Shown in pieces: positions 25,581-34,006 of a stretch of 64,000 nt of DNA. Both the position numbers and the translations under genes were made by a program. Within the stretch, counting starts at the first letter, position 1; each line of letters starts with the position of its first letter. Source of the DNA: a virus (lineage: Duplodnaviria > Caudoviricetes); the IMG/VR virus record IMGVR_UViG_3300035661_000005; one strand, given 5' to 3'. Below the pieces are notes generated by a model, which was not told the origin of the DNA, did not search any database, and saw nothing but the letters and a program-made list of their open reading frames with translations.

Positions 25581-26666
25581 ATGGCGACCGGGGCAGAATC
25601 CCTACAGCTTGACCTCTTCACGTCGGATCCCCCGACTCCGGCGGAGGGGCAGCTTTGGTACAACACCACCGACCAAGTCCTCCGTGTCCGCAAGGCGTCG
25701 GGCACGGAGGACTTGGGATCGGGTGGCGGGTCGGGTACTGCCCTCGCGGTCGTTCAGGCGCGGCGAACGTCTACGGCTGCTATCACCGGGACGTTCGCCG
25801 CTGTTTCCTTCGACACGCAGGACGTCTCGACGGCAAGCTCCGTCGTTTCGTTCGCAGCCCCCTCGACGCAGATCCAAGTGCTCTCTGCGGGCACCTACCG
25901 CGTCGCCTACCGCTTCGAGATTCAGAACACCTCTGGTACCACGCAGTCGTGTCAGGCCCGCGTTCGTCTGAACGGGACGAGCACGGTCGCCGGTACAGAG
26001 AACCACGTCTCGGTCTACGATGGCGAGTCCGACGTCCTCGACGCAGACGTCGTGGTGACCCTGGCGGCTGGCAGCCTACTCACGGTCGAGGCCGTGGTCA
26101 TTACCGGAACCGGCACCATTCAGGTTGGCGCCATCTTCCTCGTCCAGCGGGCAGACGGCACCCAGGGGCCGACGGGATCGGGCAGCTCTGTCAACGTCTT
26201 GGAAGACGGCGTCCAAGTAGCGGGGACGCCGCACTCGGCGCTCAACTTCACAGGCCCTCTCGTCACGGTCACCAACGCAGGCGGTGGGCAGGCGAACGTC
26301 GCCGTCAAATACCCGGCCAGCGGCGAAGTCTCGGGCACCACGACCATCACGACGACGAGCGCGACGGATGTCCTGATGACGGGCATGACGCTCACGCCTC
26401 CGGCCGGGACTTACCTTGTGTGGTTCACAGGTGATTACATCTCTTCGTCGGCGACGACGATGGTGGCGGACATTTGGGTTGGCGGCGCTGTTGTGCTTGC
26501 ATCCGAGCGGCCTTCTGTTGCTTCTGCCGCTACGCAGAAGTACTGCTTTGCCGCGCAAGCTACAGTCACCGTCAACGGCTCCCAAGCCATCGAGGGCAGG
26601 TGGCGCCGCACGGCGGGGACGATGACCAATACGAGACGGACACTCTCCTACCTGCGGGTGGCCTGA
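25581..26666 (+). CDS. Fibre protein with two jelly-roll (C1q/BclA-like) domains
   Basis: The N-terminal L..DP..P.EGQ.WYN.T is shared with 24020. Two beta-sandwich domains (AGTYRVAYRF; AGTYLVWFTG) flank a short GPTG linker. Confidence 0.6.
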   Translation: MATGAESLQLDLFTSDPPTPAEGQLWYNTTDQVLRVRKASGTEDLGSGGGSGTALAVVQARRTSTAAITGTFAAVSFDTQDVSTASSVVSFAAPSTQIQVLSAGTYRVAYRFEIQNTSGTTQSCQARVRLNGTSTVAGTENHVSVYDGESDVLDADVVVTLAAGSLLTVEAVVITGTGTIQVGAIFLVQRADGTQGPTGSGSSVNVLEDGVQVAGTPHSALNFTGPLVTVTNAGGGQANVAVKYPASGEVSGTTTITTTSATDVLMTGMTLTPPAGTYLVWFTGDYISSSATTMVADIWVGGAVVLASERPSVASAATQKYCFAAQATVTVNGSQAIEGRWRRTAGTMTNTRRTLSYLRVA

Positions 26667-27796
26667 TGCCGACGCCGACGAAGTACACGTACTCGATTCA
26701 GAACGACTTCCCGAACCACAAGGTCTCGTCGGACAGGCTCACGATCGAGATCCAGCTCAGCTCGATCTCAGTCGCTCTCGACCGCATCGACACGGCCGGG
26801 GACGAGTGCGACATATGGTTCAAGGACGTCCTTCCCGGAGCCGACCAGACGACGCTCAACGCCACCGTGGCGGCCCACAGCGGTTTGCCCATGCCGGCGT
26901 TGCCTCAGTCGGTCCAGCTCGTTGAGTCCGATGGGACGCCTCTCCCCAGGACGCCCGACGGTCGCCTACGTACGACGGGTGAGAAGCCGAACACGAGTCG
27001 CGTCACGATCATCTCTCACGACTGGTGTGATCCGACGACGTGGTACACGAAATCGACCTATGTGGCGGACGAGCCGACGACGGACACTGGGGATCATACG
27101 GTCTACCAGCTCCAGCACCCCAACATCATCGACTCGTACCACGGGAAGATCAGCCAAGAGGACTACCTCAAAGACGGGAGCGGTCGCAGCTATCGTGTGG
27201 TCGTCAAGGTCAATGGTGTCACCAAAGTCGAGCAGGATCCCCATTTCGGGACGGGGGGCGACTTCACGATCGACTACGCCTTGGGGAAGATCCACTTCAC
27301 GGCTCCGCTCGACCCCGCGGACGTGGTGACTGCGACCTACCACTACGCGGGGGATAGCACCTTCACGGTCGCAGCGCTCCCGGGCAAGCTCCTGTCGATC
27401 GACATGGCCGAGATTCAGTTCTCGACCGACGTCGAGATCCTCGACACGGTGTCTTTCCAGCCGTACGGGCTCGTCGAAGCGTTCGCGCCTGCGATGATGA
27501 ACCCGCCGTACAACATCCCAGCGGGGACGAAGATCCCGCTTGGGAACCCCATCATCTACAAGGGTATCCGGGACTTCGCAAACGACTCGGTGCGTACATA
27601 TCCCACCTTCCCTGCCATCGGGACCAACTGGCGTGGGCTCACCCAACCGATGGTGGTCTTCGACTGGGACTACGTGTCGGCGACCATGCTCGACGGAACC
27701 AAGGGGATGGAGATCCGCATCAAGCTCCAGCACGACAAGCCCTTCTCCGGGACCTTCGGCACGACAACTTTCTATTGTTTGGTTGACGTCCCTTAG
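26666..27796 (+). CDS. Virion structural protein
   Basis: Starts on a TGATG overlap. Contains the VKVNGV...GDFTIDYALGKIHF..PL...DVVTATYHY beta domain also seen in the sheath and in 44148. Confidence 0.7.
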   Translation: MPTPTKYTYSIQNDFPNHKVSSDRLTIEIQLSSISVALDRIDTAGDECDIWFKDVLPGADQTTLNATVAAHSGLPMPALPQSVQLVESDGTPLPRTPDGRLRTTGEKPNTSRVTIISHDWCDPTTWYTKSTYVADEPTTDTGDHTVYQLQHPNIIDSYHGKISQEDYLKDGSGRSYRVVVKVNGVTKVEQDPHFGTGGDFTIDYALGKIHFTAPLDPADVVTATYHYAGDSTFTVAALPGKLLSIDMAEIQFSTDVEILDTVSFQPYGLVEAFAPAMMNPPYNIPAGTKIPLGNPIIYKGIRDFANDSVRTYPTFPAIGTNWRGLTQPMVVFDWDYVSATMLDGTKGMEIRIKLQHDKPFSGTFGTTTFYCLVDVP

Positions 27797-27806
27797 AGGG
27801 ACGCCC

Positions 27807-28115
27807 ATGACCTGGCTCTACGGAAAGACCGGCTACTCGTTTCTAGACTACTGGACGCTCGGCCACTTCTGTCTCTGGTTCTGGATCGGAACGATCACCG
27901 GGGGCTTGAAGTGGAACCGTGTGTTGGTCTTCTGCGCCAGCATGGCGCTCGCTTATGCGTTCGAGTGGTTCGAGTGGAACGGCGAGCACCGCTGGTTCCC
28001 GGCCCTCGCCACGCATCCGGAGAGCTGGTGGAACCGATGCATCAGCGACCCGCTGATGGTCGTCCTCGGGCTACTGATCGCCTGGTACGGATTCGATCAC
28101 TGGAGGTCGCCGTGA
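27807..28115 (+). CDS. Small multi-pass membrane protein with polar intramembrane motifs
   Basis: Hydrophobic segments carrying DYWTLGH, FEWFE and ESWWN...SD. This resembles the H...E..E...N...D pattern of DUF2585/VanZ-like proteins. Confidence 0.6.
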   Translation: MTWLYGKTGYSFLDYWTLGHFCLWFWIGTITGGLKWNRVLVFCASMALAYAFEWFEWNGEHRWFPALATHPESWWNRCISDPLMVVLGLLIAWYGFDHWRSP

Positions 28116-28606
28116 TTCAGATCGGCTTCTCGACCCATCCCGGCAACTGGATCTCGGCCATGATCCGGTTCTTCACCAAATCGAAGGTGAGCCACGCCTG
28201 GATTCTCCTCGATGACGACTACTTCGGAACGAAGATGGTCATGGAGGCGGTCGGCATCGGCGGCTTCCGCATGGTCACGTACAAGACGTGGCTGGCCGAG
28301 GGGAACAAGGTCGTCCAGCTCATCAACCCCCTGGTGCCTCTCGACACCTCGGTGAAGGCGGCCATCGACTGGCTCGGGGACTCCTACGACCGGCTCGGTT
28401 TCTGGGGCTACGCCTGGGTGCTGTTCGGCCGCTGGATGAAAAAGCGGTGGCGGAACCCCTTCCGGTCCTCGAAGGAGATGACCTGCTCGGAGGCGGTGAC
28501 CCGCATCGTCCAGGCGGCCAACTGGCCTGGGGCGGAGGAGCTGGACCCGGAAAGCACGGACCCCCAGACGCTCATGGTCTTTCTACTCGCGAACAACCCG
28601 CAGTAG
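28112..28606 (+). CDS. Permuted papain-like (NlpC/P60, YiiX/YebB-type) amidase/peptidase
   Basis: SD GGAGG then GTG28112. Order is His first (VSHAWI), then G.SYD, then Cys (MTCSEAV), which is the permuted NlpC/P60 arrangement. Confidence 0.8.
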   Translation: MIQIGFSTHPGNWISAMIRFFTKSKVSHAWILLDDDYFGTKMVMEAVGIGGFRMVTYKTWLAEGNKVVQLINPLVPLDTSVKAAIDWLGDSYDRLGFWGYAWVLFGRWMKKRWRNPFRSSKEMTCSEAVTRIVQAANWPGAEELDPESTDPQTLMVFLLANNPQ

Positions 28607-28615
28607 GCAGCCCCG

Positions 28616-28626
28616 TTTCCTTTTAT
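28616..28626 (+). promoter_or_regulatory. Putative late-promoter motif TTTCCTTTTAT
   Basis: Intergenic, 47 nt before ATG28674. Confidence 0.5.
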
Positions 28627-28673
28627 GCCTCACGATCGTTCGAGACCTTCCACGTCCAACGGCCGAGGAAACC

Positions 28674-29276
28674 ATGCTCCGACTCATTCACAACCAGACG
28701 GTCGCCGGCCCGATCCTCGTCGACGATCTCGACGACGGGCTGCCGAACAAGATGACCCACCGGCTGGGATCGAACGCTGACCCGAAGGCGTACAAGCGCG
28801 ACGGGTACGCGAACAGCCCCAAGCAGAAGTGCTACGTTCCGCGGGTCAAGCCGAGCGACCCGACGGTCCAGGGGTACATCGACCTCGCCCAGACGGACCG
28901 GGTGAACCTCTCGGCGGCCAAGGGCAAGATCCAGAAGCTCAAGAACGCCGGGCTCCTCAACGTCGTCTCGTTCGTGCAGAGCGATCTGGCCGCGCCGGTC
29001 GTCACGAACGCGCAGATCAACACGCCCGGTGCGGGTGACGTGACCCTCACGGGGACGGGCTTCACGAGCCTCACCCCGAACACCTCGACGGTCCTCGTGA
29101 CCGGCACGGGTGGCCCGCTGACCCTGACGCAGGCGGCCATCCTGGCGGCCGGCGGCACGATCTCGGCGACGAGCATCGTCATCCCGGCTGCCATCGTTCC
29201 GGGCGTCGCGGCGGCCACGACCTTCGTCAAGGTGGTCGCGGACGACCAGCTCAGCAACGCCCTCGCCCTGGTGTGA
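28674..29276 (+). CDS. Virion protein with a C-terminal IPT/Ig-like domain
   Basis: APVVTNAQINTPGAGDVTLTGTGF...AAGGTISATSIVIPAA is paralogous to the C-terminus of 29661-30779. Confidence 0.75.
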   Translation: MLRLIHNQTVAGPILVDDLDDGLPNKMTHRLGSNADPKAYKRDGYANSPKQKCYVPRVKPSDPTVQGYIDLAQTDRVNLSAAKGKIQKLKNAGLLNVVSFVQSDLAAPVVTNAQINTPGAGDVTLTGTGFTSLTPNTSTVLVTGTGGPLTLTQAAILAAGGTISATSIVIPAAIVPGVAAATTFVKVVADDQLSNALALV

Positions 29277-29280
29277 TGGA

Positions 29281-29658
29281 GTGGGCTACCGACTTCTACC
29301 GTGGATCATTGAGCAGGAGCGGGGTCAGCTCCTGTCGATCCACAATCGTTGGCGGCCCCACGACCTTCTCTTCATCCAGCAGGCACGGGCAACGCTCCGG
29401 GACATGGCTTCCCGGTTCAGTCATCTCGAACAAGCTCGGGATGAGCTTGAGTCCCTCCCACGGGGCGAGCGGTACATTAAGGCCCTCACCCGGATGCGGA
29501 TCTTTCTACGACAAGCCGGTTTCACGTGGAAGGGTGACCAACTTGTCTTCCTCCGGGCGGCTGCCGGGTTCTACTCCGACTACGGGGTTGTGCTCCGGCT
29601 TCTCAAAGAGGATTCGGACACAGGAAAGCTAGTCTCCGGAGAAGGAGAAGGAGTCTGA
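29281..29658 (+). CDS. Hypothetical protein with atypical codon usage
   Basis: Fills the gap between two paralogous genes exactly, with a GTG start and lower GC3. Confidence 0.5.
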   Translation: MGYRLLPWIIEQERGQLLSIHNRWRPHDLLFIQQARATLRDMASRFSHLEQARDELESLPRGERYIKALTRMRIFLRQAGFTWKGDQLVFLRAAAGFYSDYGVVLRLLKEDSDTGKLVSGEGEGV

Positions 29659-29660
29659 TC

Positions 29661-30779
29661 ATGCGCGTTGGTGTCATCCGTGGCGATCTTCCCGGGCCTC
29701 TCTTCCTGGCGGATCTGGAGTCCACTTCTCAGCTCGACCTCCCGACGGAGCCCGTCGGTCAGACCCGCTACATCGCCCGCCCCACGGCGGTGACGCTCGG
29801 GACTGCCATGGCTCTGGCGGCCTTCGCGGGCTTCGCCTCGACGGGTAACTGCACCCTGCCGATGACGATCAACGGCGGCAACCAGACGCTGCTCGCCAAG
29901 ATCTCGGCGGTGGCCAGCTACTCGACGATCGCGATCCCGACCGGCGTCTACGCCACCCTCGCGGACCTGATCGCGGCGGCCAACCCGGTCCTCTCGGCCT
30001 ACGGGATGGCGCTCAAGGTCAGCCCGACCAACTCGGCGCGGCTGGTCCTCTACAGCCTCGTGGGTGGTCCGGGGTCGTACATCTCGATCGACACCGTGGC
30101 GCATGGATCCAGCTTCAACGGCGCGACGGCTGGCGCCTTCGGTGCTGGTGGCGGGACCTTCACGGTGCCCACGGCTGCGGCTGCCCTGGCCGCCCTGAGC
30201 CCCGTGGGCGGCCCGATCGACGTCTCGGCGGCCACGATCCGGACCCAGATGGGACCGGCCCTGTCGGCGGCCCAGGTGGCCCAGGTGGCCGATGCCATCG
30301 CCCCGCAGTTCGCGGAGACGGACGTCGCCATCAAGTGCTTCCAGGTGGGCAACCTCTCGAAGTACTGCTCGGCGTCCTACACCCCGGATCCCAACCGTCT
30401 CCCGGCCCTCGCGACGGGTGCTGCGGTGGCGGTCGTGGCCGACGATGGCGTGACGGCCTTCGTGGCGCCGGTGCCGACCCTCTCGAACGCCCAGGCCAAC
30501 ACGCCGGGCGCCGGGCAGATCACCCTCACGGGTACGGGCCTCGCGGGTGCGGGCAGCCCCAACGCGGAAGTCGAGGCCACGCTGGTCCGCTTCCTCAAGC
30601 CGGGTACGAACGAGACCCTCAAGCCCCTCTCGCAGCACGCGATCGTCGCGGCTGGCGGGACGGTGTCCTCGACCAGCATCGTCATCCCGGCGGCTCTGGT
30701 TCCGGCAGGCGTCGTGGCCGGCTACGTGGTTCAGGTGATCTACACGTCCCTGGCCTCGAACCACTTCACGCTCGTCTGA
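29661..30779 (+). CDS. Virion protein with a sheath-like insertion domain and a C-terminal IPT/Ig-like domain
   Basis: SD GAAGGAG. MTINGGNQTLLAKI...IAIPTGVYAT..LIAAAN resembles the repeated domains of the sheath. The C-terminus is paralogous to 28674. Confidence 0.75.
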   Translation: MRVGVIRGDLPGPLFLADLESTSQLDLPTEPVGQTRYIARPTAVTLGTAMALAAFAGFASTGNCTLPMTINGGNQTLLAKISAVASYSTIAIPTGVYATLADLIAAANPVLSAYGMALKVSPTNSARLVLYSLVGGPGSYISIDTVAHGSSFNGATAGAFGAGGGTFTVPTAAAALAALSPVGGPIDVSAATIRTQMGPALSAAQVAQVADAIAPQFAETDVAIKCFQVGNLSKYCSASYTPDPNRLPALATGAAVAVVADDGVTAFVAPVPTLSNAQANTPGAGQITLTGTGLAGAGSPNAEVEATLVRFLKPGTNETLKPLSQHAIVAAGGTVSSTSIVIPAALVPAGVVAGYVVQVIYTSLASNHFTLV

Positions 30780-30826
30780 GCGCCTATCTGCTACCCATCT
30801 GGTAGCAAGACCAAGATGAGGATGAG

Positions 30827-31075
30827 ATGTCGACGAAAGCTCTGGAGTTCAAGACCTCCGACCTCTACTTCGCGGCCTACCTGCAGACGGCTGGAGTCGA
30901 GATGAAGAGGACCGAGCGCGCCCCCGATAGCGGTAAGGTCTTCTTCGTCTTCGACTCCAGCGTGTCGGATGTCGATGAGCTGAAGGCGGCATGGTTCAAC
31001 AACACCGGCAAGGTCGCGGCGAACCCCTACGCCTACAACTTGAAGACCCTGAAATCCTTGGTACACATGCGCTAG
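30827..31075 (+). CDS. Small DUF5659-like (winged-helix-type) protein
   Basis: FKTSDLYFAAYL..AG.........KVFFVFD, recalled as the DUF5659 pattern. Confidence 0.6.
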   Translation: MSTKALEFKTSDLYFAAYLQTAGVEMKRTERAPDSGKVFFVFDSSVSDVDELKAAWFNNTGKVAANPYAYNLKTLKSLVHMR

Positions 31076-31077
31076 AC

Positions 31078-31112
31078 TTGACCAAATCAAGTAATGTGCG
31101 CACACTGCCGGG
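31078..31112 (+). promoter_or_regulatory. Sigma70-type promoter, probably giving a leaderless mRNA
   Basis: TTGACC-N17-CACACT-N6-ATG31113, with no SD. Confidence 0.5.
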
Positions 31113-31646
31113 ATGAAGACCTGCACGAAGTGCGGCACCCCGAAGGACGAGGAGACGGAGTTCCACAAGGACTCGCGGACGGGGCGGGCTCGGGCCTGGT
31201 GTCGGGCCTGCACGAACCAGGACAACCTGGCCAGGGCCAAGGCGAACCCTGAGAAGACGACTGCCCGCTCGAAGGCGTGGAAGCACGCGAACCCAGAACG
31301 CGCCCGGCAGACAGCGTTGGATTGGTATCACCGCAACCCTGAGAAGGCTCGTCAGGGGCGGATGCTCAGTCGGTTCAAGATCGACTGGGACGCGATGTGG
31401 GAGACCCAGAAGGGCCTCTGTGCTTGCTGCGGCAAGCCGATGCTTCGCGAGGGGCGTGAGAAGGCGTCGGCCGTCGTTGACCACGACCACACCTGCTGCC
31501 CCGGTAAGAAGTCCTGCGGCCGATGCGTTCGCGGACTCATTCACTGGAGCTGCAACGTCCTCTTGGGTCATGCGAACAACGATCCGCAGATCCTTCGATT
31601 GGGCGCTGAGTACATCGAGAGGCAGATGCCCCGTCCCGGCGTCTGA
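31113..31646 (+). CDS. Endonuclease VII-like (His-Me finger) free-standing endonuclease
   Basis: N-terminal KTCTKC...F.K...WCRAC zinc finger. QKGLCACC...VDHDH.C...CVRGLIHWSCNVLLG matches the Endonuclease_7 pattern. Confidence 0.88.
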   Translation: MKTCTKCGTPKDEETEFHKDSRTGRARAWCRACTNQDNLARAKANPEKTTARSKAWKHANPERARQTALDWYHRNPEKARQGRMLSRFKIDWDAMWETQKGLCACCGKPMLREGREKASAVVDHDHTCCPGKKSCGRCVRGLIHWSCNVLLGHANNDPQILRLGAEYIERQMPRPGV

Positions 31647-31647
31647 T

Positions 31648-31658
31648 ACTTCCCTTGT
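31648..31658 (+). promoter_or_regulatory. Putative late-promoter motif ACTTCCCTTGT
   Basis: Immediately after the endonuclease stop, 36 nt before ATG31695. Confidence 0.5.
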
Positions 31659-31694
31659 GCGAACGCAGGGGCGTCCTCTCCAAAGGAGACCCTG

Positions 31695-32081
31695 ATGCCC
31701 GCAAAGACCCAAGCTCTCGACAACGCCATCCTCTCCGCCGTCCTTCGCCAGGTCGCCTACACGAGTCCGGTGGGCGTCTACGTCGGCCTCTTCACGGTGG
31801 CTCCGACGCCCTCGACGTCGGGTACCGAGGTCAATGGTGCGAGCTACGCCCGTGTCGCGGCGACCTTCGGCGCTCCGGCGGCGGGTGTCACGAGCAACAG
31901 CGGCGTCCTGACCTTCCCGACGGCCCTGGAGCTGTGGGGCACGGTCGTGGCGGTCGGCATCTTCGACCAGGTGTCGGGCGGCAATCTGCTCTACTTCGGC
32001 AATCTCGGGACGAGCAAGCTGATCGACGTGGGCGACACGGCTTCATTCCAGGCTGGGGCGCTCTCCGTCACGGAGCAGTGA
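31695..32081 (+). CDS. Small phage tail/fibre-associated protein, paralogue 1
   Basis: VYVGLFT.AP....GTEV.G..YAR...F......SN...FP.A...WGTV..GIFD..SGGNLLYF..L is a widespread ~125-aa phage structural family. Confidence 0.8.
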   Translation: MPAKTQALDNAILSAVLRQVAYTSPVGVYVGLFTVAPTPSTSGTEVNGASYARVAATFGAPAAGVTSNSGVLTFPTALELWGTVVAVGIFDQVSGGNLLYFGNLGTSKLIDVGDTASFQAGALSVTEQ

Positions 32082-32089
32082 GGTAGCCC

Positions 32090-32599
32090 GTGGCGCCCCC
32101 GGCGACCGTGGACCTCGGCACTGCCGACTGCACAGCCGATTCGGACTGCACCTCCCAGGTCGGTATCGAGTGGGCTCTCGGGTCCGTCATCTCGGCGGAC
32201 TCGGCATCGGCCACGTCTCCAGGCGTCAATCACGGACTCGGAGCCGAGATGTTGGCCAACTCGCTCTCCTCGTCTTCGGCCCGGCTCGCTCGGAGGCTGA
32301 CGGCTGCGGCACAGGCGGGCTCCGTCCTGGCTGCGGAGCTGGTCGAGGGGCAAAGGGAGACCGCCCACATCCTCGCCAACTCCTCTGTGTCCTCGGCGCT
32401 CGTACAGCACCGTGGGATGGAGGCTTGGGCGCGGGCCAACTCGGCCTTCTGGATCTCGAATCTCAGCGTCCTCAAGGCCCCACCGAAGAAGCATCCCTCC
32501 AAGGTCATCCCGAAGGTGGAGGTGCTTCCGCATCCGCAGCCTCCGCCGCCACACCCGACGGTGGGCCGGAGGCGGAAGACGACGGTTCCGGGGTCCTGA
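32090..32599 (+). CDS. Hypothetical Ala/Ser-rich structural protein
   Basis: SD GAGG then GTG. Periodic small-residue beta pattern with a Pro/Lys-rich tail. Confidence 0.55.
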   Translation: MAPPATVDLGTADCTADSDCTSQVGIEWALGSVISADSASATSPGVNHGLGAEMLANSLSSSSARLARRLTAAAQAGSVLAAELVEGQRETAHILANSSVSSALVQHRGMEAWARANSAFWISNLSVLKAPPKKHPSKVIPKVEVLPHPQPPPPHPTVGRRRKTTVPGS

Positions 32600-32769
32600 T
32601 GGCGCAGGTAGATCTCACGGCGGAGATCAGGGCGGCGGCTGATGTGGGAGTCCCCTACATCAGCCGCTCTTTCGCTGTGGTCACCACGATCCAGGCGGAC
32701 TCGGGGCAGGCCATCGGGCGTCCAAGGCGGACGCTCAAGATCCAAGACATGAACGTGCGGAAGGGGTGA
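32599..32769 (+). CDS. Small hypothetical protein (56 aa)
   Basis: TGATG overlap with the previous gene. MAQVDLTAEIRAAADVG... fills the gap. Confidence 0.55.
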   Translation: MAQVDLTAEIRAAADVGVPYISRSFAVVTTIQADSGQAIGRPRRTLKIQDMNVRKG

Positions 32770-32773
32770 GCCA

Positions 32774-33172
32774 GTGGCGACGACTCGTGGAAGGCTCGTA
32801 CATGCGAACGACGTCGTACTGGACCAGTGCGACTTCTTTCAGCTGGATGGCTACACCCGGGTCACTGGGCTCACGCCGAACAACCTCACCTGCCAGCTCT
32901 TCTTCCAGAACAGTTTGCAGCCGTGGCCCCTAGAGAGTGGGCAGGGTGTCTCGGATGCCCAGGTGGCTTCGGGAAAGGTCTACTGGCTGGAAGTGCCCGG
33001 GAGTCCGGGGATCTACAACGTCCGCTTCAGGCCGAACGCCATCGGCTATTGGCGGCTTCTGATCAACTACCCGGTCGGGACGCAGATCTCGGGGCAGGAT
33101 TACGACGTCACGCCGCTCCCGCCAACGGTGGACCAGGGGCTGAAGGCTTCACTTGTGAAACCCAAGTGCTGA
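32774..33172 (+). CDS. Ig-like beta-sandwich structural protein
   Basis: DFFQLDGYTRVTGLT...GIYNVRFRPNAIGYWRLLINY resembles the N-terminus of 36451 and the C-terminus of 34007. Confidence 0.65.
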   Translation: MATTRGRLVHANDVVLDQCDFFQLDGYTRVTGLTPNNLTCQLFFQNSLQPWPLESGQGVSDAQVASGKVYWLEVPGSPGIYNVRFRPNAIGYWRLLINYPVGTQISGQDYDVTPLPPTVDQGLKASLVKPKC

Positions 33173-33179
33173 GGACCCC

Positions 33180-33566
33180 ATGCCCAAGAGCTACTACCTC
33201 TGCAACAAGATGCTGGACGCCAACCTACGTGGCGTCGCCTACGTTCCCCCCTCGGCCGTCTACGTGGGTCTCTTCAGCACCGCGCCCACGGTCAACACTC
33301 CTGGGGTGGAGATCACGGGGAATGGGTACACCCGGCAGGTGGTGATCTTCGGTGCCCCGGTGAATGGGGTCAGCTCCAACACGGCGGACGTCGTGTACCC
33401 CGCAGCCACGCCGGCTGACTGGGGCACGATCACGTCCTTCGGGATCTTCGACTCTCCGGCGGGAGGCAATCTCCTCTACTTCGCCACCCTCTCGTCTTCC
33501 CGGTACATCGCGGTGAACGACCAAGTGAAGTTCCCGATCGGCCAGCTCATCGCCTCGGAGACCTGA
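33180..33566 (+). CDS. Small phage tail/fibre-associated protein, paralogue 2
   Basis: Same motif set as 31695-32081. Confidence 0.8.
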   Translation: MPKSYYLCNKMLDANLRGVAYVPPSAVYVGLFSTAPTVNTPGVEITGNGYTRQVVIFGAPVNGVSSNTADVVYPAATPADWGTITSFGIFDSPAGGNLLYFATLSSSRYIAVNDQVKFPIGQLIASET

Positions 33567-33568
33567 CC

Positions 33569-33979
33569 ATGCCCTCGACCTACGCCCTTCTCGATGGACT
33601 ACTCAGCGGGGTCCTCCGTGGACCATCGACCACCTCGCCTGGAGCTGCCTTCGCGCAGCCGGATGCCACGTACGTCGGCCTCTTCACGGCTGCGCCTACG
33701 GCATCCGGTGGCGGCACCGAGGTGTCCACGTCAGGCACCGGATACGCCCGGCAGCAGGCCAACTTCAACGCGCCCGTGAACGGGGTCGCGACCTCGACCG
33801 GCGACATCGTCTACTCCCAGGCGGTGACCTCCTGGGGCACGGTCACCCACTTCGGCATCTTCGACGCTGCCTCCGGTGGGAACCTGCTCTACTTCGCCGC
33901 CCTGCAGACGCAGCGCCAGGTGCTGGCGGGCGACCAGGTGAAGTTCCCCTCGGGCCAGCTCACGGTGACGGGTACCTGA
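33569..33979 (+). CDS. Small phage tail/fibre-associated protein, paralogue 3
   Basis: Same motif set as 31695-32081. Confidence 0.8.
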   Translation: MPSTYALLDGLLSGVLRGPSTTSPGAAFAQPDATYVGLFTAAPTASGGGTEVSTSGTGYARQQANFNAPVNGVATSTGDIVYSQAVTSWGTVTHFGIFDAASGGNLLYFAALQTQRQVLAGDQVKFPSGQLTVTGT

Positions 33980-34006
33980 TCACCCCGTTCTTCGACGGGG
34001 TGATCC

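Noticed and set aside
31666-31694. Second RBS-occluding hairpin (TCTCC-AAA-GGAGA) before 31695
   Set aside because: The core stem is only 5 bp and lies wholly downstream of the predicted TSS, so it would not act as an early/late switch.
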